From: Calditrichia bacterium
GTDB taxonomy: Bacteria > Calditrichota > Calditrichia > JAJRVZ01
Direction of reading: 5' to 3'
Length of the DNA: 64,000 nucleotides
Assembly: GCA_963777955.1 (NCBI GenBank)
Contig: CAVZSQ010000019.1
Location: forward strand, 256,001-320,000
Under the pieces are notes generated by a model that ran no database searches, was not told where the DNA came from, and saw only the letters and a program-made list of their open reading frames with translations. The position numbers and the translations under genes are program-made. Positions 1 to 9,044 of the stretch are shown here, in pieces. The first letter of the stretch is position 1, and each line of letters opens with the position of its first letter.

Positions 1-61
1 ATTCAGGAAACAATTCCCGGCAATAAGCAGCAATCTGGTCAAAACTGATCGGTTCTGTCAT
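1..61 (-). CDS. 5' end of a gene running off the left edge (MTEPISFDQIAAYCRELFPE...), function unknown
   Basis: ATG at 61-59 with an open frame to position 1; co-oriented downstream of xerD. Only 20 codons visible. Confidence 0.35.
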   Translation of the reverse strand, partial: MTEPISFDQIAAYCRELFPE

Positions 62-148
62 GGCGCTAATATATAGGTTATAGAACAAAAATAAAATATT
101 TAATTCCCACCCGGATCTGTCGCCAGGCATGCTGATCAGGCGTGCCTT

Positions 149-1039
149 TCAGGCACGCGGGTGAAATTCCTGGTATACCTGCTTCAGATACGTACGATCC
201 AGGTGGGTGTAGATCTGGGTAGTGGAAATATCCGCATGTCCCAGCATTTCCTGCACCGCACGCAGATCCGCACCCCCCTCCAGTAAATGGGTTGCAAAGG
301 AATGACGGAAAGTATGGGGATGAACCTCTTTTTTTATACCGCAGTTCCGGACATGCGCCTGTAATATTTTCCAGAATCCCATACGGCTTAAAGGTTTGCC
401 GCGGGCATTCAAAAAAGTAATGCCTCTGGAACTGCGCTGGCGATCCAGCGCAGGCCGTGCCTGATCCAGATAGCGCCGGATCCACTGCAGGGCGCGATCC
501 GATGCAGGTACCAGCCGTTCCTTTGATCCTTTGCCCAGAATGCGCACGAATCCTTCTTTAAAATATATCTCCCGGATCGGCAGGTTCAGTAATTCAGAGA
601 TGCGCAGACCACTGGCATAAAGCAGTTCAATCATCGCCCGGTCTCTGATTCCGCCCGGTTGATCAATTTTGATCGAGGTTAGAATTTTTTCTATTTCCGG
701 AAAAGACAGTACATCCGGCAGATATCTTCTGATCTTCGGACCATCAACATTCTCACATGGATCAAAATCCAGCACCTCTTCCATTAACAAAAACTTATGG
801 AACGAACGTATGGCGGAAAGATTTCTGGCCAGTGATGAAGCGCTTAAGCCCAGTTCGCTCAGCATTTGCAGCAAACGCCGGACATGACGATCCCTGATCT
901 GAACAGCCCGTTGGATATCCTGGGATTCTAAAAAGGCAATATAGCGGCTGAGATCCTGCTGATAGGCTTGAATGGAATTTTCGGATAAATTTTTTTCGAA
1001 TCTTAAAAAGGTGAGGTATTGCTGCAGATATTCATTCAT
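149..1039 (-). CDS. xerD: Site-specific tyrosine recombinase XerD
   Basis: 296 aa; LYASGLRISEL, GKGSKERLVP, HPHTFRHSFATHLLEGGADLRAVQEMLGHADISTTQIYTH and C-terminal HPRA, typical of XerD. Confidence 0.93.
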   Translation of the reverse strand: MNEYLQQYLTFLRFEKNLSENSIQAYQQDLSRYIAFLESQDIQRAVQIRDRHVRRLLQMLSELGLSASSLARNLSAIRSFHKFLLMEEVLDFDPCENVDGPKIRRYLPDVLSFPEIEKILTSIKIDQPGGIRDRAMIELLYASGLRISELLNLPIREIYFKEGFVRILGKGSKERLVPASDRALQWIRRYLDQARPALDRQRSSRGITFLNARGKPLSRMGFWKILQAHVRNCGIKKEVHPHTFRHSFATHLLEGGADLRAVQEMLGHADISTTQIYTHLDRTYLKQVYQEFHPRA

Positions 1040-1491
1040 TTAGTCTTTACGGTACTTTTATCATGCAACAGATGTTCGGCCAGGGACAGTGCTACACCGG
1101 ACAACATCACTTCGGATCCAAGTTTGGTGAAATCACTGGTCAGCAGGGCTGAATCCACATTACTATAAACCGAACAGGCAGCAGCTCTCTCGACGATTAT
1201 ACCTGAAAGGCGACCGTTATATTCCCCGATAAAAACGACTTCTCCCAGTACATCACTGGCTACAAAACCTGTACAGAAATGCAACTGCATATGCGCGCAG
1301 GGCGTAAAAACATTTACCAGATTCCCTTTATTTGCACCAATAGCGATATCCAGAAAAATCTCCAGGGTCAGCCGGCGACCCTGTTCCTGGTCCTGCAGCA
1401 GCGCCCGGAATTGATTGCCCCGCTTGCTAAACTTTGTATTCAGTACCTTTTCAATCTCGCCAATTCTGGTATCGGTAAATTTAAATTTCAT
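1036..1491 (-). CDS. Hypothetical protein, stop overlapping the xerD start
   Basis: 151-aa ORF with an AAGG-type RBS and 4-nt overlap with xerD; no recognisable motif. Confidence 0.75.
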   Translation of the reverse strand: MKFKFTDTRIGEIEKVLNTKFSKRGNQFRALLQDQEQGRRLTLEIFLDIAIGANKGNLVNVFTPCAHMQLHFCTGFVASDVLGEVVFIGEYNGRLSGIIVERAAACSVYSNVDSALLTSDFTKLGSEVMLSGVALSLAEHLLHDKSTVKTK

Positions 1492-1511
1492 GAGCCCTTT
1501 CCTTATCTCGT

Positions 1512-2234
1512 TCAGTACATAGTATACGTAAAAAAATCCATGACGTTACCAATTTTTAAAATCCCGTCAAAATAATAAGGTTCGCCATACTGACAGTTCA
1601 CCTGCTGTCCGTAAAACCTGGCCCGGGTGGTGATTGATTCCAGGAACTCCGGCCGGCTGATATACGTACTTTCTGCCTGATTTGTTTTAAAGAATTGTGA
1701 GCGATATGCCTGGATGGCGGCCATTTTTGTATCCATATCTGCGGAGATGTCTACTACAAATGATGGAGTGAAAATCCGGTGCAGCATGTAAGACAGGACC
1801 AGGCCGGGACGATAAAATTCCTGGCCATCTGTAATTTTTTTTAAACCAGCCTGGTAAATCGCTGTCCTGGCCAGCGCTGCTGCTGCCTCGTGATCGGGAT
1901 GACGATCATGCTGAAAGGGTATCAGACACATTCTGGGACGCCATTTACGAACAATTTTTATTACTTCCAGACGGTGTTCGGGTGTGTTAACCAGATTCCC
2001 GTCGGGTAAGCCCAGATTCCCGCGCCAATCCAGTTTCAGGATGGCACTTGCCTGCTGACTTTCCTGTTTTCTTTGTTCAGTATTCCCCTGCGTGCTTAAT
2101 TCACCTGCACTCAGATCCAAGATCCCGGTGGTATAACCTTCGCGTTTGGCCCTGGCCAGCAATCCACCGCAAAACAACTCGGCATCATCCGGATGAGGAC
2201 TGATAGCCAGCACATCAAGAGAAGTCAACAGCAA
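1512..2234 (-). CDS. bshB1: Bacillithiol biosynthesis deacetylase BshB1 (PIG-L family)
   Basis: SPHPDDAELFCGG and DRHPDH zinc motifs, DLSAGELST, AYRSQF, and ISRPEFLE..RAR..G....YGEP C-terminus. Confidence 0.88.
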   Translation of the reverse strand: MLLTSLDVLAISPHPDDAELFCGGLLARAKREGYTTGILDLSAGELSTQGNTEQRKQESQQASAILKLDWRGNLGLPDGNLVNTPEHRLEVIKIVRKWRPRMCLIPFQHDRHPDHEAAAALARTAIYQAGLKKITDGQEFYRPGLVLSYMLHRIFTPSFVVDISADMDTKMAAIQAYRSQFFKTNQAESTYISRPEFLESITTRARFYGQQVNCQYGEPYYFDGILKIGNVMDFFTYTMY

Positions 2235-2361
2235 CCCCGTCTATTTGGTTACAACTTAAATATTTTCATTAGATTATTCGAAAATTTAATTAAATAGAAT
2301 GGCAAAGGAAATAGAAAATTATATCCATGTGGAGGTTGCCGGAATAGATTGTGGAGAGAAA

Positions 2362-2391
2362 GAAAAACCGGGCGGGAAACTAAGCCCGCCC
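2362..2391 (-). terminator. Rho-independent terminator of the ECF/anti-sigma/YbjQ operon
   Basis: Minus strand GGGCGGG-cttagttt-CCCGCCC followed by ggTTTTTCTTT. Confidence 0.75.
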
Positions 2392-2429
2392 ATGAACGCC
2401 AGAAATTAAGTCAAAATCAAATCTGCAGT

Positions 2430-2750
2430 TCAGGTTTTTTCTACAATCACCGCAGTACCGTAAACCAGAATCTCTGCAGCCATCTGCATAATATATGAAG
2501 TACTGAAACGTACACCGACAATGGCATTAGCCCCCAGTTTTTCAGCTTCGGTAACCATCCGGTCTACAGACTGATCGCGTGATTCAGCCAGGAGTTTAGT
2601 GTACTCCTCGATTTCTCCGCCGATGATATTTTTGAAAAGAGCCGCGATGTCTTTTCCGATATGCCGGGCCCGGACCGTATTCCCTTTCACTAAACCGACA
2701 ATTTTTATTACCTTCATCTGAGGAACATCAAAAGTTGTTGACAGTATCAT
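2430..2750 (-). CDS. YbjQ/UPF0145 family protein
   Basis: 106 aa; GLVKGNTVRARHIGKDI..IIGGEIEEYT..GANAIVGVRF..YGTAV. Confidence 0.9.
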   Translation of the reverse strand: MILSTTFDVPQMKVIKIVGLVKGNTVRARHIGKDIAALFKNIIGGEIEEYTKLLAESRDQSVDRMVTEAEKLGANAIVGVRFSTSYIMQMAAEILVYGTAVIVEKT

Positions 2751-3208
2751 CGTTCCACCTCTTTGTATTTGTCGACTTTTCTGACCATCAGTTTTTCCCT
2801 TAAAACAGAGACAAATAAAATCACACCGCCGATAATAAGGATGAAAATACCGAATTTTAAAACCGGATTAATGGTATGATCGGCCAGCAATTCTGTTACA
2901 GCCGTCCACACGGCAAAAGTCATCACGATGATTGCACCGAGTGAGACCAGAATCCAGCTAATCCCGCGTTCCAGCCGGTTATATACGTTCCGCCAGTATT
3001 CATCCCAGTACATATCAGGTAATATTTTAAATTTCATAGCGCCGGTTACCTCCTTCAACTTTTTAAGTTGATTATAACTTTTCTGGTAGCGGGGATCTGC
3101 CGCAATTTTCTGCTCGAGCAGAGCACTCTCTGCTGCCGGAAGTTCCCGGTCCAGATATGCCATTATCTTTAAGTTTATATTCTCTTCCGGGTAATGAAGG
3201 TCATTCAT
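2747..3208 (-). CDS. Membrane anti-sigma factor (two TM helices)
   Basis: N-terminal MAYLDREL anti-sigma-like helix, two hydrophobic segments, overlaps the ECF sigma gene. Confidence 0.75.
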   Translation of the reverse strand: MNDLHYPEENINLKIMAYLDRELPAAESALLEQKIAADPRYQKSYNQLKKLKEVTGAMKFKILPDMYWDEYWRNVYNRLERGISWILVSLGAIIVMTFAVWTAVTELLADHTINPVLKFGIFILIIGGVILFVSVLREKLMVRKVDKYKEVER

Positions 3209-3755
3209 ATTCCCTCCCCAATAATTTGGCTAATCTCTGGCGAGCATAATATAATCTGGACATAACGCTGCCGATCGGAATTTCCAGCAGCAGGGAGATT
3301 TGCTCATAAGACTGATCATTAAATTCCTTCAGCATAATGATCTCCCGGTCCTGTGTTTTCAACCTGTTCAGGGCAGTCCATAAAAGTTCTCTCATTTCAT
3401 GTTCCTCGAAGATCTCATCCGGTCGTAAGACTGCCAGTAACTGGTCCTCAGCGATTTCCTGTTCTCCATCAGCTGACAGCGGCCGGCTGCGGCTGCGGTG
3501 ATGCTGATGATTAATACAAATATTCTTGACAATTTCATAAAGCCAGGTATAGAAATTTTTGCCCGTTTTAAATGATTTTATCGAACGGAAAGCGCGACAA
3601 AATGCTTCCTGCGAGAGATCCAGCGCATCATCACGATTTCCGCTATACAGCAGGGCCAGCTGATAAGCCCGCACTTTGTATTTTTCCACCAAAAAGCGGT
3701 AACTCTCTGTTTTACCCATCTGACATTCCGTTATTGCTTGTTCATCCTCGTCCAT
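3201..3755 (-). CDS. ECF-type RNA polymerase sigma factor
   Basis: 184 aa; DALDLSQEAF, FYTWLY, SYEQISLLLEIPIGSVMSRLYYAR (regions 2 and 4). Confidence 0.92.
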   Translation of the reverse strand: MDEDEQAITECQMGKTESYRFLVEKYKVRAYQLALLYSGNRDDALDLSQEAFCRAFRSIKSFKTGKNFYTWLYEIVKNICINHQHHRSRSRPLSADGEQEIAEDQLLAVLRPDEIFEEHEMRELLWTALNRLKTQDREIIMLKEFNDQSYEQISLLLEIPIGSVMSRLYYARQRLAKLLGREYE

Positions 3756-3950
3756 ATCTGATCCTTAAGCATGTTGCTGTTCGTGGAACATTACCGTAAC
3801 CTTTACTGCAAATCAGCATTATCATCTGCACTATATACCTGTCAGAATAATGTTTATTCAATAGATTTTGAGAAATATTTATATACTTCCTGTTCCTGGC
3901 CTAAACCGGAAGTTGTGTAATTAGTCGAATTTACCCGCTGGCAGGTGAAA

Positions 3951-4709
3951 TTAAATCTTCTGTTTTTTGAAGAAATTCACGTACAAAATTAAGAGGACAC
4001 CCGATAAAAAAAGTATAATACTGATTAATTGCGCCTCTGACATGAATCCAAAAATATATTTCGGATCGGTACGCCAGAATTCGGTGATAAAACGCTCAAT
4101 ACCCATGCAAACTGCGAACAAGCCGAACATCGTACCTCTCTTAAAGTTATTCTTACGCACCGACCATAGGATCAGAAATAGCGTGGTTAAAAACAGTGTA
4201 TCATATAAGGGTGTTGGATGCACTCTTTCCAGGGTTGGTACTACTCCCCTGGGAAAGGCCATAGCCCAGGGAACATCACCGGGCGGACCATAACAGCCAT
4301 CACCGGACAGAAAACAGCCAATCCGGCCCATACCCTGGCCCAGCAGCAGCAGTGGACCCATTAAATCGGCAACCAGCAGGAAAGGTAATTTTTTGCGCCG
4401 TATCCACCAGGTCACTGCCAGTAAGCCGCCGATGGCACCACCATACCAGACCAGCCCGGCTCCTGAAAATACATTGCCCCAGAAATCCTGTACCAGCAAA
4501 TCAGGATTTTGAATCAGATAATATATTTTAGAACCCACAATTCCGCCAATTATGGCTGCGATAATGATAGACCCGGCTAATTCCCTGTCCCGGCCAACAC
4601 GCAGCAGTTCCCGTTCCAGTAAATAGCCACATAACAAAAAACCCAGAGCGGCCATTAAACCATAACTGTAAATCGTAACCGGACCTAATTTCAAAATCTC
4701 GGGGAACAT
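3951..4709 (-). CDS. lgt: Prolipoprotein diacylglyceryl transferase
   Basis: YSYGLM, GLVWYGG, GRIGCFLSG, HPTPLY, RFITEFWR motifs; multiple TM helices. Confidence 0.9.
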   Translation of the reverse strand: MFPEILKLGPVTIYSYGLMAALGFLLCGYLLERELLRVGRDRELAGSIIIAAIIGGIVGSKIYYLIQNPDLLVQDFWGNVFSGAGLVWYGGAIGGLLAVTWWIRRKKLPFLLVADLMGPLLLLGQGMGRIGCFLSGDGCYGPPGDVPWAMAFPRGVVPTLERVHPTPLYDTLFLTTLFLILWSVRKNNFKRGTMFGLFAVCMGIERFITEFWRTDPKYIFGFMSEAQLISIILFLSGVLLILYVNFFKKQKI

Positions 4710-5000
4710 AGTTACCTCGTTGTTTAGTAATCACTTACTGCTGTTTACTCAGATGTATGAACCAGATTTAAATATTTAATTTAATCAGAACCGTCGTATT
4801 AAACCTAAAGAAAATTTTAAAAATAATCGATCAGCAGCTGATTCCCGAGAGAAATCCGGATAAAATAGTCGTAATTGAATTTTAGCAAAAAGTATATTGC
4901 CCTTTGAACCTAATTGGTCGTAATTTGTCATGTTCTTCACTCCACTTGTATAAAAAGAATAAAAAACCAGATTTAAAACCTGAAATGGAGTTAATAGATC

Positions 5001-7358
5001 ATGCCCGCCAAAAAGACCAAAACCTACAGTTCAAAAGTAGAACAGCTCGCTGTCTCCCGCACCGGCCAGGCATTGCGCTATCCACCCACCGAAAAGGTCA
5101 ATGTCATAATTGTTGAAAACGTCCCGGATTTAGGAAAACTCACCGCTTTGCGTTTTCTGGAGTGGGCTCAGAATAATGAAGGTTGGTCAGTCTCGCTGCC
5201 GACAGGAAAATCTCCGGTTCAATTTATTAAATGGGTTAGCAGATTAATGGGCAGTTGGGATAATCGTGAAACCCAAAAGTTTCTGGACAAAAATGGTGTG
5301 GATCCCGGTCATAAACCGGACATGAAGAGTTTCCATTTTATTCAAATCGATGAATATTACCCCATCAGCGGCGAACAGCACAACAGTTTTTATTATTTTG
5401 TCAGCAAGTTCTATGTAAAAGGATTTAACTTCGATGCGAAAAAGGCTTTGTTGATTAATGCCAACTCCATTGGCATTCCACAGAATGAGACACTATATTC
5501 GATCTGGCCGGATCGCCGTGTCGATCTGAATCTGCGCATTGGTCAGGTAAAAAATTCACAGGAGATCAAGCAGAAGAAAGTATTGGAAGCTGTGGACCAA
5601 TTCTGCACTGATTATGAGAGTAAAATACGTGCTCTGGGCGGAATCGGATTTTTTCTCGGCGGCCTTGGTCCTGACGGCCATATTGGTTTTAATGTCAGAG
5701 GTACCGATCATTTTTCAGCAACCCGCTTGACCTCGACCAATTATGAAACACAGGCATATTCTGCGTCAGATCTGGGCGGGATGGAAATTTCACGCCACCA
5801 TCTGGTGATCACCATCGGTCTGCAAACCATTGTCAATAATCCGGCCACGACCGCCATCCTTATTGCCTCGGGTGAAGCCAAAGCGCAGGTTGTCAGGGAT
5901 GCCATCCAGCAACCGAAAGATAATCAGTACCCGGCCACAGTATTGCACGATCTGGAAAATAGTGCCTTTTACCTGACTAAAGGCGCTGCAAAATTATTGT
6001 CGGAACGGCAATATCTTGAAATTCAAAATAGTAAAGTTGTCGCTCCCGCTCTGGAACACCGGATTTTAATTGACCTGGCCATTAAAAGAAATAAGCGCCT
6101 GACCGATCTGAACAGAGCGGATATGTCTGCAACCCGCAGCAGTAAGGAACTATTGGAACTGTTTAAAGATGCCTATAAAGAGCATCTGCATGATCTGGAA
6201 CAGGAATTACAAAAAAGAATCACTTCTGCCCTGATCATACCACAGAATCAGGTTTTCCTGCACACTGCACCTCAGCATGACGAGATCATGCTGGGCTATT
6301 TCCCCTATCTGCTCAGGTTGATACGCGAATCGAGCAACACCCATTATTTTAATTATCTGACCAGCGGATTCTCTGCCATAACCAATCATTATATGCACCG
6401 GTTGTGCAGTAAATTAAAATGGTTTCTAAACCGTTCCGAATTCCGCCAGTTAGGCCAGAACAATTATTTTGACCCGAATAATATTTCCGCCAGGAATCAG
6501 GATGTTCTGCTCTATCTCGATGGTATTGTGGCTAACAGTGACCTGATGAAAGATGAGGCCATTTCACGGCGACTGCTGCGCAATTTTATGGAAATATTTG
6601 AAGATGATAGTTTTACTATTCTGAATAACCGGGTAAATGAATTGTTGAATTATTTCAGCACCCTGTATTCGGGTAAAAAAGAGTTGCACTATATCCAGCA
6701 ATTGAAAAGTATGATCCCTGAATGGGAATCCGATGTAAAATGGGGACATTTCGGTTTCCGCAGTGAGTCGGTCATTCATTCCCGGCTGGGATTCAACCGG
6801 AGAGAAAATTTTGCCGAGGAACCGGTAAACGACCGTGACCTGGTTCCGCTGCTCAATAATCTGAAAAAAATAAAACCCACGGTGATCACTGTTGCCCTCC
6901 ATCCTGAAAGTAGCGCTGTCGGCACTTCTTATAAGGTTCTGCAGATTTTAGCCCAGGCTTTACGGATTTACTGCCAGGATACTAATCGCCGGGATATTGA
7001 GATTTGGGGTTATCGCACGGTGTGGTTTCGTTTTCACCCTGCCGAGGCTAACTTTTACATCCCGGTTAATCTGAACAGTTTTGCCATTTCCTCTTTTACC
7101 TATATGAATTCTCTGGTTTCACAGACTGAAACCTCATTTCCCAGTTATGAATATGATGGACCGTTGATCGAGTTAGCCCAAAAAATACAGGTGGAACAAT
7201 ATCAGCAGATAAAAACTTTGTTGGGTAAAGAATACTTTCTGGATAATTCTTCTCCGCTGATCCGGTCAACCCGGGGTATGATCTATCTTAAACGGATGAC
7301 GCCGGACGAATTATGGCAGACAGCACTTGACCTGAAAAAAATCATGGAAAATCCATAG
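5001..7358 (+). CDS. Glucosamine-6-phosphate deaminase (NagB) fused to a PIG-L-like deacetylase-fold domain (NagB-II-like)
   Basis: LPTGKSP, QIDEYYP and GPDGHIGFN NagB motifs in the N half; HTAPQHDEIMLG degenerate PIG-L motif in the C half. Confidence 0.8.
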   Translation: MPAKKTKTYSSKVEQLAVSRTGQALRYPPTEKVNVIIVENVPDLGKLTALRFLEWAQNNEGWSVSLPTGKSPVQFIKWVSRLMGSWDNRETQKFLDKNGVDPGHKPDMKSFHFIQIDEYYPISGEQHNSFYYFVSKFYVKGFNFDAKKALLINANSIGIPQNETLYSIWPDRRVDLNLRIGQVKNSQEIKQKKVLEAVDQFCTDYESKIRALGGIGFFLGGLGPDGHIGFNVRGTDHFSATRLTSTNYETQAYSASDLGGMEISRHHLVITIGLQTIVNNPATTAILIASGEAKAQVVRDAIQQPKDNQYPATVLHDLENSAFYLTKGAAKLLSERQYLEIQNSKVVAPALEHRILIDLAIKRNKRLTDLNRADMSATRSSKELLELFKDAYKEHLHDLEQELQKRITSALIIPQNQVFLHTAPQHDEIMLGYFPYLLRLIRESSNTHYFNYLTSGFSAITNHYMHRLCSKLKWFLNRSEFRQLGQNNYFDPNNISARNQDVLLYLDGIVANSDLMKDEAISRRLLRNFMEIFEDDSFTILNNRVNELLNYFSTLYSGKKELHYIQQLKSMIPEWESDVKWGHFGFRSESVIHSRLGFNRRENFAEEPVNDRDLVPLLNNLKKIKPTVITVALHPESSAVGTSYKVLQILAQALRIYCQDTNRRDIEIWGYRTVWFRFHPAEANFYIPVNLNSFAISSFTYMNSLVSQTETSFPSYEYDGPLIELAQKIQVEQYQQIKTLLGKEYFLDNSSPLIRSTRGMIYLKRMTPDELWQTALDLKKIMENP

Positions 7359-7375
7359 TGCAAAATTATTGAAGA

Positions 7376-7801
7376 GTGATCATGAAATCGTATCGTAAAG
7401 AATTGTGGTTCAATACTCCTGCGCGCCGTGAGTTCATTAATATTACGTCGCAAATAGAAGTATGTCTCAGAGAGAGCGGCATCCAGGAAGGACTCTGTCT
7501 GGTCAATGCCATGCACATTACGGCCAGCGTCTATATCAATGACGATGAAAGCGGATTGTTGCAGGACTATGATGAATGGTTGGAAAAATTGGCACCCCAT
7601 GAGCCGGTATCCCGATACCGGCACAATCGTACCGGCGAGGATAATGGCGATGCCCATTTAAAGCGTCAATTGATGGGCCGGGAAGTGCTGGTGGCGGTGA
7701 GCAGCGGTAAACTGGATTTCGGACCCTGGGAGCAGATCTTTTATGGCGAGTTTGACGGACGCCGGCGCAAACGCGTACTGGTGAAAATTATCGGAGAGTG
7801 A
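7376..7801 (+). CDS. YjbQ family (secondary thiamine-phosphate synthase-like, UPF0047)
   Basis: [45 protein letters not shown]. The start may be the ATG at 7382. Confidence 0.9.
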   Translation: MIMKSYRKELWFNTPARREFINITSQIEVCLRESGIQEGLCLVNAMHITASVYINDDESGLLQDYDEWLEKLAPHEPVSRYRHNRTGEDNGDAHLKRQLMGREVLVAVSSGKLDFGPWEQIFYGEFDGRRRKRVLVKIIGE

Positions 7802-7806
7802 ACACA

Positions 7807-8478
7807 TCACAAGTCAACGGGATTTGTGTTTAAATCCACAGGTAACAGATTTATTGCTGCTAAATACAGCAACAGTTTATCCTCGGCCTCCAGTATCTCC
7901 ATAACCCGCATATTGTGCATTGAATCCCAGACTGCCTGCGCAGAAACTTTTTCATCCACGGCTACCTTTTCCAGAGTACCAAATTCCTTGTACTTCCAAT
8001 AGCGATTAAAGGTCAGCACATTCCATCTTCCTTTTATCGCATTCATCAGGTTCAGGATGGTATTAATCAAAAGATCACTGGTTTCATTATCCGTCTTGCA
8101 GCAGGTGATTTGTTTTTTTTTCTTCAATAACGACAGGGCTTCGCTGGCACGGTGAAAAGCCGGTCCATCCATCTCGACCGGAATCTTGCTGCCCATTTTC
8201 TGAATGGTTCCCAACCCTATGCCATAGCGTATTTGCAGGGGGAACAGCAGTCTTTCAAATTCCAGCATAACTTCGAAAGCATTCTTTAAATCCGCTAATA
8301 CCCCCTGGAATTCATCCCCGCGGGTGAGCATGAACGGAGCTTCGATAACATCGGCTTTTTTCTCATTTATCTGGATAATAGCGGATTTTAAATATAATTG
8401 TCCCTCGTACCGTGCGTCCTGCGCCATTTTACGGGAACCGCATACATCACCGATTATAACCGCTGCACTATTGATCAT
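7807..8478 (-). CDS. SatD family protein (cyclase-like N domain plus C-terminal HTH-like region)
   Basis: IIGDVCGSRK, TRGDEFQG, RYGIGLG, MDGPAFHRA. Start placed at the ATG at 8478, 1 nt after the upstream stop. Confidence 0.8.
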   Translation of the reverse strand: MINSAAVIIGDVCGSRKMAQDARYEGQLYLKSAIIQINEKKADVIEAPFMLTRGDEFQGVLADLKNAFEVMLEFERLLFPLQIRYGIGLGTIQKMGSKIPVEMDGPAFHRASEALSLLKKKKQITCCKTDNETSDLLINTILNLMNAIKGRWNVLTFNRYWKYKEFGTLEKVAVDEKVSAQAVWDSMHNMRVMEILEAEDKLLLYLAAINLLPVDLNTNPVDL

Positions 8479-8479
8479 A

Positions 8480-9040
8480 TTACTGCAATAATATCTTATA
8501 TTTACATTCGAAACAGTCCGGTTGGCTGGCACATGATTCTTCGATCAATTGTACTTTTCTGGCGCCGCACAGGCGCAAGCCTTCGGCAATGAATCCCTGC
8601 TCGCTCAGGCACACATTGCGCGGAATCGGCTGGCCGTAATCGGTACAGACCAGCACCGTCTTTTTATCCAGCACATTGATTTTAGTCTCACCCGTACCGA
8701 TCAGCATCTCACGCAAACGGCTGAATTGATCCAAAAAATCCACCGGTTTCTGCTCACTCAGGTAAAGTTGAAAATATTTGGGCATCAGGTTCTGTGCATT
8801 CCATTGCCCCAGTTTTCTGAACTCTTCCAGATCCCGCTTGAAATGTACCTCAAGTAATTTCTGATCGATGGCGACCAGTAAATCATCGGCATACAGATTT
8901 GCGGTATCTACAGGTTGTTTGGCAAAATTATGGTCTGCCGTACTGATGGTATCCAGGAATTCCTGGTATACCGTTGTACCATATTTTTTCTCCAGGTACT
9001 CAAATCTGCTTAATAAAACTAATCCTTTGATCCATGGCAT
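8480..9040 (-). CDS. H-NOX/V4R-fold-like protein (TIGR02265/DUF2378-like)
   Basis: KG..L.SRFEYL...YG N-terminus and C-terminal C...GF.......CG......E.C.....CFEC pattern. Start reassigned to ATG 9040, 4 nt after the alaX stop. Confidence 0.6.
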   Translation of the reverse strand: MPWIKGLVLLSRFEYLEKKYGTTVYQEFLDTISTADHNFAKQPVDTANLYADDLLVAIDQKLLEVHFKRDLEEFRKLGQWNAQNLMPKYFQLYLSEQKPVDFLDQFSRLREMLIGTGETKINVLDKKTVLVCTDYGQPIPRNVCLSEQGFIAEGLRLCGARKVQLIEESCASQPDCFECKYKILLQ

Positions 9041-9044
9041 ATGG

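Noticed and set aside
149..1039. Tyrosine recombinase as a prophage or island integrase
   Set aside because: Length and motifs match housekeeping XerD; no att-like repeats, tRNA or phage genes nearby.
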